Positions 40,637 to 51,900 of a DNA stretch of 64,000 nt are shown here, one piece after another. The translations under genes were made by a program, and so were the position numbers. A model generated the notes under the pieces. The model was not told the DNA's origin, searched no databases, and worked only from the letters and a program-made list of their open reading frames with translations. This DNA comes from Bacteroidales bacterium. Lineage in GTDB: Bacteria; Bacteroidota; Bacteroidia; Bacteroidales; P3. Location of the stretch: positions 4,079-68,078 of the forward strand of contig JBGUZF010000017.1 in NCBI GenBank assembly GCA_045222795.1. The letters are read 5' to 3'. How positions within the stretch are numbered: the first letter of the stretch is position 1; each line of letters opens with the position of its first letter.

Positions 40637-42880
40637 CTACTTGGTCTTCACCGAGACCTGGTTCGACGGTGAGGAGTGCTGACCGCGGCCGAGCTGCAGC
40701 TGGATGTAGTAGGTACACCTGCTCTTGGCAGGGGCGTTGGCATCGACGTAGCTGACGTCCTTGCGCGAGAAGGTGCCGATATCGCGGAACTCGCCGTCGC
40801 CGTCCTGGCGGTAGACGACTCCGTAGTAATCCTTCAATCCATCGTACGTGTAATTCCACGTCAAGGTGGTCTTGCCCTTCTTGTACTTGGCTTTCAAGGA
40901 GATGTCCATCTTAACAAGAGGATCCTTCTCCACCCTGATAACTGCATGGCCCGACATGCCGCTGCTGTTGGCCGAAGAGTCGCGCACCTCGATGCAATAA
41001 TCCCATGGGTGGATAGAGGTGCCGGGCTTGTCGACAAAGGAGACAATGCTGTCGGATATCACCGTATTGACAGGCATCTTGGCAATGCACTCCCAGTTGG
41101 GTGTGGGGTGGGGTTTGCGATAGATGTAGAAGTTGGCGATGTCGTCGCTGGACGAGCGATACCAATTGATTATCACACTGTCGCCCTCCTGGTGGATATC
41201 CTTGAGTACACATACGCCGGGGGGCAGCAGGTCGGGCAAAGCCACACACAGCGTGTCGGAGGTGGCGGAGAAGTTGTGGCTGTTGTCCACAGCAATGACG
41301 TAGTAGTAGATATGATGGGTGAGGGAGTTGAGGTTTACGGTGTCATAGAAAAAGGTGTCATAGAGATAGCCCTTTGAGCGCTCGATGAAGTCGTGGTCCT
41401 TCTGGTTTGCGAAGTACACCTTGTAGGCCAGCAGGTCTTCGTCGTGGTTGGGGTTCCAGTGGATGAATACGCTGCCGTTGGTGTCCTTGGCCACTGCAGC
41501 AAGGCCTGTCGGGGCTTCCGGGGCTATGACATCCTCAATGTTGTTGGCTACAGGGTTGGAGTAATTGGCGTTACCCGATGTATCGGTGACGAAAACACGG
41601 TAAAAGCCGCGGCCGCGTTTGCCTGCGTTTTTGTCCTCGTAGGAGGTGGCACTGGCGGGCAGCAGGTCGGACACAGCCTTCCAACGTCCCGTCATCTTTC
41701 TTGAGAACACCACTACGTAGCCTGAAATGTCGTCTGTAACGGCGGGGTTCGTCCACGTCAGTTTGCAGACTCGGTTGTCGACAGGAAAGACATTGTTAAG
41801 GATAGGGGCTTCGGGCGGTATCAAATCGGCCATACGGAAGGTTTCGGTTGTGCGGGGTTCGGGGTTGCCGCCGAAGGCGTCGAAAGCGCGCACGCGGTAG
41901 CTGTAAGTGTGGTTAATCTCCAGGGAGTCGATATACACCACCTCGTTCTTCATCCAACGTGCGACACTGTCGCCCATCACGGCTTTTACATCTGCTGTTG
42001 GCAGCATGGGCCATACAGGTGCCTGGGTGTTGAGGTTGCGCCATGCGGTGTCGGCGTCGTCGCGACGGTCGATGTAGTAGCCCGAAAGTTTGTTCTTGTC
42101 CCAGCGCACAGCCACACGGTAGGCGTCGAGCTGGGTGACGGTAATGTCGGGAATCATCTCCTCCTCCGTACGCTCGTAGGGGTAGTTGCGGAGCTGCACT
42201 TCAGGGGATTCCATGTCGGCAAAGTCGGGGGGAATGAGGCTTTGCAGTATATACTCGTAGTATTCACCCGGCTTTACGTCGCGGTCCACGAAGCGGAGGC
42301 CTATGGCCGAGGCCACCTGCGGGTCGCACTCGGCGGCCAGCATGGCCATGAAGTGGCGCTGGGTCTGCTCCTGGTACTGCTTGGCGGCCATTGAGAGGAA
42401 GTCAAGGTTGGCCTTGGAGGCCGACTCGTTGACGTTGTACTCGAACTTGCCATAGAGGGCCTGGGCGCCGACGCCGGCGTAGAAGTTGGTGCTGTCGAAG
42501 CGCTGCATCATCTCGTCGAGGGTGAGGGGCTTGATGGGCTTGCCGCCGTTGAGGGCCACGAAGGGGATGGTGTCGCCATAGCGGTCGATGGAGTAGGCCG
42601 TGTCGGGGTCGTCGGCCGAAGCCCGGAAGAGCATCCATCCGTTGTCCTTGGAGGAAATCCAGAGGCCGGCGTCCTCGGTGGCCCAGCGCAGCACGATGCT
42701 GTCGCCGTAGGCGCGCGCGAGCAGTTTCACACTCTTCGTTTGACTGCGGGGTAGCATGGACACGGTGTCGCCGGCCTGCGCCGTAGAATCAGCAAGCACC
42801 TGTGCCGTAATGTCCATGGGCAGGAGGATAAGAAAAGCCCACAACAGTTTTCTCATATTTTTCATGAAATTATTACGCAT
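40637..42880 (-). CDS. Secreted multi-Fn3-like protein, partner of the giant protein in module 1
   Basis: 747 aa with a signal peptide. At least 4 Fn3-like units are visible, for example PEAPILNNVFPVDNRVCKLTWTNP...YRVFVTDTSGNANYSNP and APEAPTGL...IHWNPNHDEDLLAYKVYF...YYYVIAVDNSHNFS. It is a paralog of the gene at 52294-54594. Confidence 0.85.
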   Translation of the reverse strand: MRNNFMKNMRKLLWAFLILLPMDITAQVLADSTAQAGDTVSMLPRSQTKSVKLLARAYGDSIVLRWATEDAGLWISSKDNGWMLFRASADDPDTAYSIDRYGDTIPFVALNGGKPIKPLTLDEMMQRFDSTNFYAGVGAQALYGKFEYNVNESASKANLDFLSMAAKQYQEQTQRHFMAMLAAECDPQVASAIGLRFVDRDVKPGEYYEYILQSLIPPDFADMESPEVQLRNYPYERTEEEMIPDITVTQLDAYRVAVRWDKNKLSGYYIDRRDDADTAWRNLNTQAPVWPMLPTADVKAVMGDSVARWMKNEVVYIDSLEINHTYSYRVRAFDAFGGNPEPRTTETFRMADLIPPEAPILNNVFPVDNRVCKLTWTNPAVTDDISGYVVVFSRKMTGRWKAVSDLLPASATSYEDKNAGKRGRGFYRVFVTDTSGNANYSNPVANNIEDVIAPEAPTGLAAVAKDTNGSVFIHWNPNHDEDLLAYKVYFANQKDHDFIERSKGYLYDTFFYDTVNLNSLTHHIYYYVIAVDNSHNFSATSDTLCVALPDLLPPGVCVLKDIHQEGDSVIINWYRSSSDDIANFYIYRKPHPTPNWECIAKMPVNTVISDSIVSFVDKPGTSIHPWDYCIEVRDSSANSSGMSGHAVIRVEKDPLVKMDISLKAKYKKGKTTLTWNYTYDGLKDYYGVVYRQDGDGEFRDIGTFSRKDVSYVDANAPAKSRCTYYIQLQLGRGQHSSPSNQVSVKTK

Positions 42881-42907
42881 TGGTATTTTGTTTTTCGTTA
42901 CACAATA

Positions 42908-45900
42908 TTAGTCGGTCTCCCATTGGTGTTGCTGGCGGTTGGATTCCTGGTCGCCACCTTTGTCGGCCCGGCGGAAGGTTAAACCGGCATAAAGCTTCAG
43001 CAACTGTTCAATTGCCGTAAGCGTAGGCTTGTAACTCCACTTAAAGCTGGATTCATACTTACTATTCGCCACAGGCTGGTTGTAGCCACCAGTACTGGCA
43101 TCGTATGACATGTCGACTATCTTTCCCATCGTATTATTGAGAGCGTAGCTTCCCGCAGAGATATAATAGAAATCAATGTAGATTTCCTTATGGCAATTCC
43201 TTTTTATCTTTTCTTCATTACCGCTTACTGTTCCATTATATATGGTGTTCAACAGTCCCGGCCAACCATAAAAAGTCGCGGTAGTTTTACTGCCTGCATA
43301 ATAGCCAGAATAGCCTACAAACCATTTCTCGTCAAGTTCTCCCACACGATTGTCCAAAGTAAACAAATTACTATAGCATGTGGCCCTGTCGGCATCTATC
43401 CAATATGGCGTTGACTTGAAATGGATAATATAGTTGTTCCAGTATACATTATACATACCTCCATGTTTCATCATTTTAGATGCAGAGATGTTCAGAGTTT
43501 TATCATACACCTTTTTGTCATAACGTGTGTATCCCTTCTCTTTGCATCTGTCGCATAAAGCGTGGTAGACGCCATTCCAGTTCCACATCCACCAAGTCAT
43601 CAGCACTCCCTTTGGAATTGTGTAGGGAATTTTTTCTGTGGCAAATTGATTGGGTATATAGGCTACCTTGCCGTAATGCTCAAACTCCTTGACCTTGGCA
43701 TTATAATTCCGTTTGTGGACATATACGCCATAGTCGAAGAGCTCTTGGAAGAAGTCGTGGTAGCGTTTGATATCGTTATGCAGCGTGGAATGGGGGTCCG
43801 TGGGAACAAGGTCGCCTGAATTGTACGAATATGATTCTTCCGGTCGACTACCCGAGAAACCCTCCTTCCGGTAGTTCTCGTCAAAGAAGGTTATTGAGTC
43901 GTAACGCCAACAGTCCTTAAGCTTCCATCTGACGACATTGGGCACGCTGCAGAACGACGACCGCCCAGTGTTGTCCGCACTCACATAAAGGTTGTCGCCA
44001 TTCTTGGTTGTCATCATGCGCATATCGAGATTCATGAAGTTGTCGTCAAGGTTCTGCGCACCGGCAACACGGACGAAACCCTCTTTGTATTGAGCGGCCA
44101 TCGCCGATGCCTTGATATTGTTATTGTCCCATTTGGGATTCCATGGTTCATATTCGTACGGAGCACCCACTTTCTTCGGATGGTTACTTGGAATAGGAGT
44201 GTTCTTGACCGCGTTGTCCAAGCCGCTCATAGCCGTCGTGTATTTCTTAAACAACTGGTAGTCGTGGGGCTTGTCACTGGTACGCTCCCACGCGAACACC
44301 TGATACATGATGGGGGGCAGAACGGTTCCAGTGTGATACTGTTTTTTGTCATCAGGCTCGTATGGGGCAAAGAGATAGGCATACCTGTAGACAATCTTGT
44401 CTTTATAGTTGCCAACATCCTGTCCCTTCGACGGATTCTTGAACTCGTCGCTCTTCACCAACACCTCATATGTCGAGTATTTCTCATGCGTACGGAAATA
44501 GAGCGAATACACTACGCTGCCCGTCGACAGGTATATGGCGTATGTGTCGTTGAGCATCTTGCGGGCGAACATACGGTTGGTGTCGCCCACCGTGTCGTCG
44601 GTGGCCAGGGCGGCCATCAGCATCTGGTATTCCTGGTCGTTGTACATGTCGTCGCTATACTTGTACGTTTTCTGTCCTTGCACGGTTCGGATTCTGAGAG
44701 AAGAGTTGGACGAGTTGTTGGGTTTCACTTCATACTTGTACCTGTTCTTCACTTCTTCCAACTTTTCGGCATAGTTCTGGCGCTTGGCCACCTCTTCCTG
44801 CATCTGCATGGCGTTGGCATACCCCGCGGCAACAGCCTTCAGGTTCTCGACAGTGAGGTTCACATCGTCGGTTTTTGCCATAAGGATTCTGAGAGCCATA
44901 GGCTTGCCCTTGAATTTGCTCGGAGTCCGGGTCAGATCGCGGGGCAATATCACCTCCAGGCAGGGATGGACGCTTCCCATATACTGGTTTTCGCTCTTGT
45001 GGTAATCCCACCCGCATTCGTAGGTTGTGCCACCCTTGCCGCCCACAATGAGGAACGCCTTCATGTCGCGGCCGTCATCCTCAAGATTCTCTATAAACTC
45101 CGCGTCCTGCATCAGGTAGATGAGGACCCGCTTTTCGTTGAATGCCACAAACTCGTTGATTGGGAAATTGGGGTCGCCGTTGTATGGCCATGTAAAGATT
45201 ACATTGTCGGTCAAATCGGCAGGCTGTGCCGTGGTGGTGACATAGAAGGTGGTGTCCTGCGCCCAGTATTTGGCATACGACTTCCCACGGTCGGTGTACA
45301 GCGGGTTGCGCCAACGGCGTTGATTGGGCCACCATTTTTTGTTTTCCCCGTAGTGCATATACTGGTTGAACCCAGTTACATAACCTTGGTCACCAAGGTC
45401 AAAGCAGGTATCCTTCTTCACCTGGGCGTCTGTGAGGTCGTTCTCTTCGCCACTTCTGCGGTATTCAAAGGCTCGACCCTTCAACTTGATCTTTATCTCT
45501 GACTGGCCAGGCAGGCCGCCCGACGTCCATTCAAAGTTCTGCATGTTGGTCTCCATGGGGTTGGGCGAATACTTTAGCGGCATGTTCACCCACGTTCCGT
45601 CAGCAATATCGGTAAAGCCCTTGTTACCACTGGTCCTGTTCGTTTCGCCACCTCTGTCATCTACCATGCCAGTTTTCTTCTTTTTACCAATCAGTGTTGT
45701 CGACATCTGGCTAGTGATTTTTTTACCGATTTTATTATAGGAGGCATCACACTCGTCGGCGCAAATGATGAAGCGGAACTTGCGCGTCGTGGTGCCGTCG
45801 CCATACTTCTGATCGGCGCAGAGGTACACATCCTCGTTCCACGGCAGGTTGGAGGTGATGGTTCCCGAGGTATAGGGAGACACCCTGCAGCCGTCTTTCT

Positions 45901-48900
45901 TCGAGTCCGCCAAGGTGTTGTAGGCCGGGGTGACATTCTGGAACAGCTTGACGTTGGCCAGCGGGTCGGTGTTGCCCGGCACGCAGACATTACCCACCTT
46001 GAAGTCGACGCTGGTGTTGATCTTCACCAAGCCGCCAAGACAGGTGGCCTTGAAGGCCAGCAGACCGTAGGCCCAAGTGGGCTTGGGGCCACCAGCCTGC
46101 AGCACGGCGGCCATCGTGGACGAGGCCATGGAGAGATGGCCCTTCCAGAAACCCAGGTCGAGACCTATACCCACTTCACCGTCGAAGTAGGCGTAGGCCT
46201 GTCCCATGCCGTAGAATCCGTTCTTTCCTATTTCGGAGTAGCCACCGCAACTGGCACCATTGGTGGCCAGCAGGGCTATGTCGACACCAAGCCTGATATC
46301 GGCCTTGAGGTACAGGAACATATTTACCTCGAGATTGGCGGCAAAAGAGGCTCCGAAGGCAAAGCCACCAGCCGACGGCATTTTGAGATTGTTGCGCGAA
46401 TTGCTGAACCGCTCATACTTGCTGCCGAGGGCATTCCTTATTTCGGCGTCCAACTCAGGCAAAGTATAGCCGCCCGGGAAGTAGTTGCCACACATGATAT
46501 AGGCGGTAAATTCCGTCGATGCCTTGGCAATGCCTAAATCCAGACTGACGTTAACGCTAACACGTTCGTCCTTGGCGGGCTTGCCGACAGAGAAGTACCA
46601 TTCCGTCTTTGACCCCCTCACGTTCGGACTATTGTTCTTGCCATAGTTGTGCATGTAGAAGTCAATGGGTATGTTGATGGTAACGCCATTCTTCCCCTTG
46701 TTATCCTTTTTACTATCTTTCTTATCATCATTTTTATTCCCTGCCTTTTCGGCTTCGGTGTCAACCACTGCAATCGATTCAGAGCTGGCGCCGCCGCTCT
46801 TGCCGTCGGAGCTGGTAAGCGGGTATCTCGACGGAGAGTCGGTACAATCGCCTGCCTTTTCCTTGTCTGATTCGTTCTCCGACTGGCGGACCAGACCCGT
46901 CAGACCCACAGAGCCTTTCACGCATGCGGCGAATGAGAGTTCCCATCCACCTTCATTTTCTGTATCCTCTTCATACCCGATATAAGCACCCACAGTGATG
47001 GCCGCATTGGTACCCTCTTTCTTCACTTCATCGTAGCCGGAAAGTATCTTGGCATTGACCTGCAGGCTGATGCCGCTGAAGTGGCCGTTGCCGATACGGA
47101 AGCACAGCACGCCGCTGGCGTTCATCGTGGTGGAAGAGCCAGTCATGGCCAAACTGATACCGGCCGTGGCCACCCACGCATCGTATTCTGGATAGAAGTG
47201 TTCACCGTCGCTGGCAACCATCGTCTCGACAAAACTCTTGGCAGCAGCCACATTGCTACTGCTTATCTTGGTATTGGACCTAAGTTTCATATTATAGGCG
47301 AAACCGCCGCCGAAACCATTGATGCTGACAGCACCCAGCGGGATTCCCGCTCCTGGGATTTCTGCCGCACCTTCGACGAACCACCAGTCGTAAGTCTCGT
47401 CCGAGCCACCCTTCTTCCTGGTACCGAAGCCTGCACCCATCGAGCAGTTGATAACATTCATAATACTGACATTGAGAGATCCTATCCAGCAGTTTCCGTA
47501 CCCGACGTTTTCATCCCTGCTATGTCTCACGGCACCTCTCACATGGCCAAGGGGACCCATGTTTGCTTCGACAGCGGCCTCGTCGAACACGCCGTCGAAA
47601 TCGCTTATCGCAAAGCTCTTTATGTTGACATGGCAGCCAATGCCGAATCCCAGTGTTGCACCGATGGATTGGTCTTTGCCGATGCCGAACTTCATTTCAC
47701 CCAGGAAGGTGATTCCCACATTGTAGGTGTTGCTCTTGTCGGCCACACTCTCAAACAGAGGCTCTACCTTTTCCAAGCTGTAAGAGAATGCGCCTATCGA
47801 ACCGCTGGCGATGGCCTTGCCGCTACCCGCCTTGTCGGAACCTTCCTTCGTGTCGGGATCGGACATAGTCACCTCGCTGTCAGTATAGTCGATACCCACA
47901 TACTTTTGTGGCGATGCCTTGCCCCATGTGCCGATGCTCATCTCCAAGCCGTCGAACTCGTAGGCTGTAACCTTCTCACCGCCTATCTTCACCTCCTGCG
48001 ACTTGTAGTTGCGCAGGTACATGTTCTGGAACTTAATGTCAGGCAGGGAGACCGGCAGCTTGAATCCCTCGTCAAACTTGATATTTATTGTTCCGTTGAG
48101 GGTAAGATCCACCAAGGTGCTGGGATCCTGGGTATGCCCATAATAGGTGACATCGCCAGCAGCATCGTGGTCGGCAATCCATGTTTTGCCGCCGTAGTCG
48201 TGTTCTATCTTGAAATACGAGCTCTTGTCAAGATTTACAGCTGCCATGAAGAGGTCGAGATTCATGCCTTTCTCGGGAGGCGTGATGGAGAATACCAATT
48301 TCTCCGAACCTATGGACAGATTGTACTTCGTGTCGCCGGTGAAGAAAGGTATCTTCATTTCTCCATTGATATAACCTTCCTTGAATTCGTTCTTCTGGAA
48401 CTTGACACCTATATGGTCAAGGCTGAACTTCCAGCTGTAAGATTCACTGGAGCCGAACTTCGCCAAGTTGTTGACCGAGATATCGACCGTGAAGCCGTCC
48501 TTGTCGATAATCAGGCCGCTGGCCGAGAAGTTGATGCTCTTTCCATAGTTGGGACCCATGTTGCCACCACCGGCAGGTCCATTGCCGCCGCCGGGAGTTT
48601 TGCCCTTGTCACCACCTTGGGCACCATTGCCGCCGGCACCCTTGCCATCACCCTGGTTGTTTCCTTGACTGGGTTGTCCTGTGGAAGGCTGTCCTGTGGA
48701 AGTTGTCTTACCATCGGTCTTGCCATCAGTCTTACCGTCGGTCTTACCATCGGTCTTACCGTCAGACTTGTTCACGCCGGGGGTTCCGTCATGAGGAGTG
48801 GCCTCTTCGCCCGACAATTCACCAAAGGTGTTGGTGATATCCTCGGGGAGCACCACGGTGAACTCATCCAAATAGAAACCCTGCCATTCGCCCGAGGCCT

Positions 48901-51900
48901 TGGGGTCTTTCAGGTAGCCCTGCGGGAATTTCACCTCCTTGGGAGTCTCTTTCTTGCTGTGGTCGTACCACATGCCGCTGCCCGTGGGCACAAAGACGAA
49001 GTCGCCGCATTCGTCGGTGGTGAAGGGATCCATGCTCACCTTGGCAATCCAGTCGCTCCAGGACTTGAACTTGGTGTAGAAGAACATCCTGACGGGGTGA
49101 TCGCTCTTTGTAGCCTTGCCTTCCCTATACTCGACGGCCTGAAGCTTGCTGCCGGGCTGGTTCTTGGGACCGAGGTAAAGCTCGGCGTCGACGGCAATCT
49201 CCTTGAAACCATCCCCATTGAAGGTCAGGTGGCAGCCTGTGCTGAGGTCGCTGAGCTTGGTGGGACGCCTGAACGACATGGTGTAGCCGTCGCTGAGCTC
49301 CATGTCTATGTCTTGACCCAGGAAGAGGTTGACGTCGCCCACAACATCGCTGAAGAACTTGTCGGGCTCGATACAGATGTTGGTGGCGAGGAACGGCAGG
49401 TAGAGGTTGTCCTCGTGCGATGCGAAGATGGCCACAAGGTTCATCTGCGCCGTCACCGGCGAGAAGAAGAAGTCGTTGATAGCCATCGAGAGGTTCTCCA
49501 CCGAATCGCCGCCGAGCATCTTGTCGTTGACCTTAATGGGCGTGGTGATGACGCCCATCGAGCCGCCGCCATCAATCATTGCGTGCACAAACTGCTCGAT
49601 TGGGTTGGCATACTGGTTCAGCTTATTGTACCAATTCTTGATTTCTTGGCCCGTACTGCCAAACTCGCCGGCTTTCTGCATGAGGAGCTGCACGCCCTTG
49701 TCGCAGTACATGTCGAAGCCGGCACCCCACTTGTTGTCGCCCATGTTGAGGTTGAAGTAGTTGTTCGAATCCTTGGTAATGGAGCGCGCCGTACCAGAGA
49801 TGATTCGGTTATCCTCATTGATCTGCAGGGTGTCGAAATGCACCTTGAGTCCGACGCCGTAGCCCGCCACAGGAGTCCACTCCACATAGCCCTCGCCGCT
49901 GTAGCGGTTCTTGCTATCGGTCTTGCCGTTCTGCATGACCAGGTTGAAGCGACCCATCTTGAGCTTGGTACGGTTGTTGACCAGAGTGCTCACCTTGGGA
50001 GTGACCAGTTTCTTGCTCCACCCCGTGGTGTCCTTGGGGAAGCAGGCGTTCGTCACGTCTATGGCCGTGCTATAGTTGTTGGTGTCCTTCTTCAGGAGGA
50101 AGGAGATGGGGTGCGACCATCCGTGATTGCACATCAAGTAGCCCGAGGTGTCGGGGATAATCACCTTGACACGCGCCACATAGCGCTGATAGTCCTTGAG
50201 CGAATCGATGATATCGTGCACCAGGCGTATGTCGGCAATGGAATCCTTGTGGAACTTGGCCTGGCCTTCGATGGCGTCCTTGATGTCCATGCCCTTGCCC
50301 AGTTCGTATATGTACAGGTTATACATTGCGGTGTCCTGGTCTTTGGCGTTGAGGTTGGAGGCAGGCTTCCAGGTGAAGTAGAGATCATAGTCGTCATAGC
50401 GCCATATCTCTTCCAGGGGAGATGTCTCAAGGTAGAGATAGGTTGTGTCTTCCCAGTTGGCGGTGGAGTTACTTACGGGACTGGTAAACTGCGGAGGCAG
50501 CACACGGTCGAGTAGCGTGGAGTCGACGCCCCACTGGAACTTCATGGTCGAGAGGCAGTTGCCCGAGTCGTCATGGGTGACCTTCACGGTGTCGTATTCG
50601 GTGTCGGCCTCAATGCCGTTGACGTAGTGCTTGGTTTCGTTGATGGTGTAGTCCACGTAGCGATAGTTGTAGCTGGTGGCTACAGTGACAATATACTTCT
50701 TGCCCTGCTGCATGTACTGTTTCCAGTTGGTGTCGCCTATCGACATCGGGTCGTTGCTGTTGTCCAGATAGTCATCGCCCACAGCCATCTTCTTGAAGGT
50801 CTTGGTGGCCAAGGGGGTGCGACTTTCTAGGTCGGACAAAGCGCCGAGGTCGTCATACAGTTTGACGGTGTATTCCACCTGGGTAAGCGTATTGCCGCGC
50901 ATGGGCATCCACTTGATGTCGAAAGGTTTGATGGTGGTGCTGACAATATGGTCGTTGTAGTTGCCCTTGAACTTCACCTGTACGCTCTTGTCCTCGGCGG
51001 GCACTATCGTCGCCTCGTCGGAGAACTTGGCGCGGACGGTGTTGTAGGTCTCCTCGTCACGGTAGGGGAAGCAGAAATAGGGTTGGCGGATGCTGGCGAG
51101 AACCTCGTCGCGACCCGAGGAGGAGGTGGTGTTCTGCTGGGCGGTGTTGCCAGACTGACCGCCACTGTCATCGACATTGTACTTGGCGGGACCCCACGAG
51201 AAGGTCTGCACCTGGCTGCGGCCCTCGTTGGCTATTTCGAGGGGATTGTTGACATTCTTGTCGCGGGCGACCACCTGTACGGCATATACGGCGCCGCGCT
51301 CGAGGGGGACGTCGAGATTGCGCAGGGTGTCGATCTGCACATAGGTTCCCGTGGTGGTCTTGGAGAACACTACAGCCGAGTGCTCGATGGCATAATCGGG
51401 GGTCTGGCCAGGCAGGACCTTGACCATCTTAAGGGTGTAAGATAATTTAGCCGAGGCGGCACAGTTGGTGATGACGGGCGACCAGCGGATATCTATATTG
51501 CGGGGATAAACGGTCTTTACAAGTCCTGTCTTCTTATCAACGGATTCTGTGTATGAAGTGATGGGCGTTACAATTTCGGGGGCAGAACCGCTGTAGCACA
51601 CCTCAAATTGGACACATGCCCTCGACATAGGCTCACCGTCGTCGATTACCTGTTCCTGCCAACGGTACACCTCGATGCAGAACTGATAGGTGCCCTCGGG
51701 AATGCGTATGATATTGGAGATATTCTCAGTGACGTTTGTCGTCAGACGTCCGCTGAAATGGTCGGAGAAGTCCATGATGTTGTTCATCTGGCGGTGCTCG
51801 TAGGATCCCAGGGTCATGCGCGGACGCGTGTTGCCGTTCTCCTTGGTGAGGAGCGACATCGGAGCCCCGTTGAGGGCATAGTCCGAGATGAGGCTCATCT

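Noticed and set aside
47081-50515. A 1144-aa plus-strand ORF. Other very long plus-strand ORFs are at 52240-54615, 56751-58862, 59160-60671, 61866-63617, 35258-36997, 37013-38914 and 29975-31537.
   Set aside because: All of them lie antisense to and entirely inside strong minus-strand genes. Their translations are Gly/Val/Ala/His/Arg-rich low-complexity strings with no recognisable motif. They are typical shadow ORFs of GC-rich third-position coding sequence.
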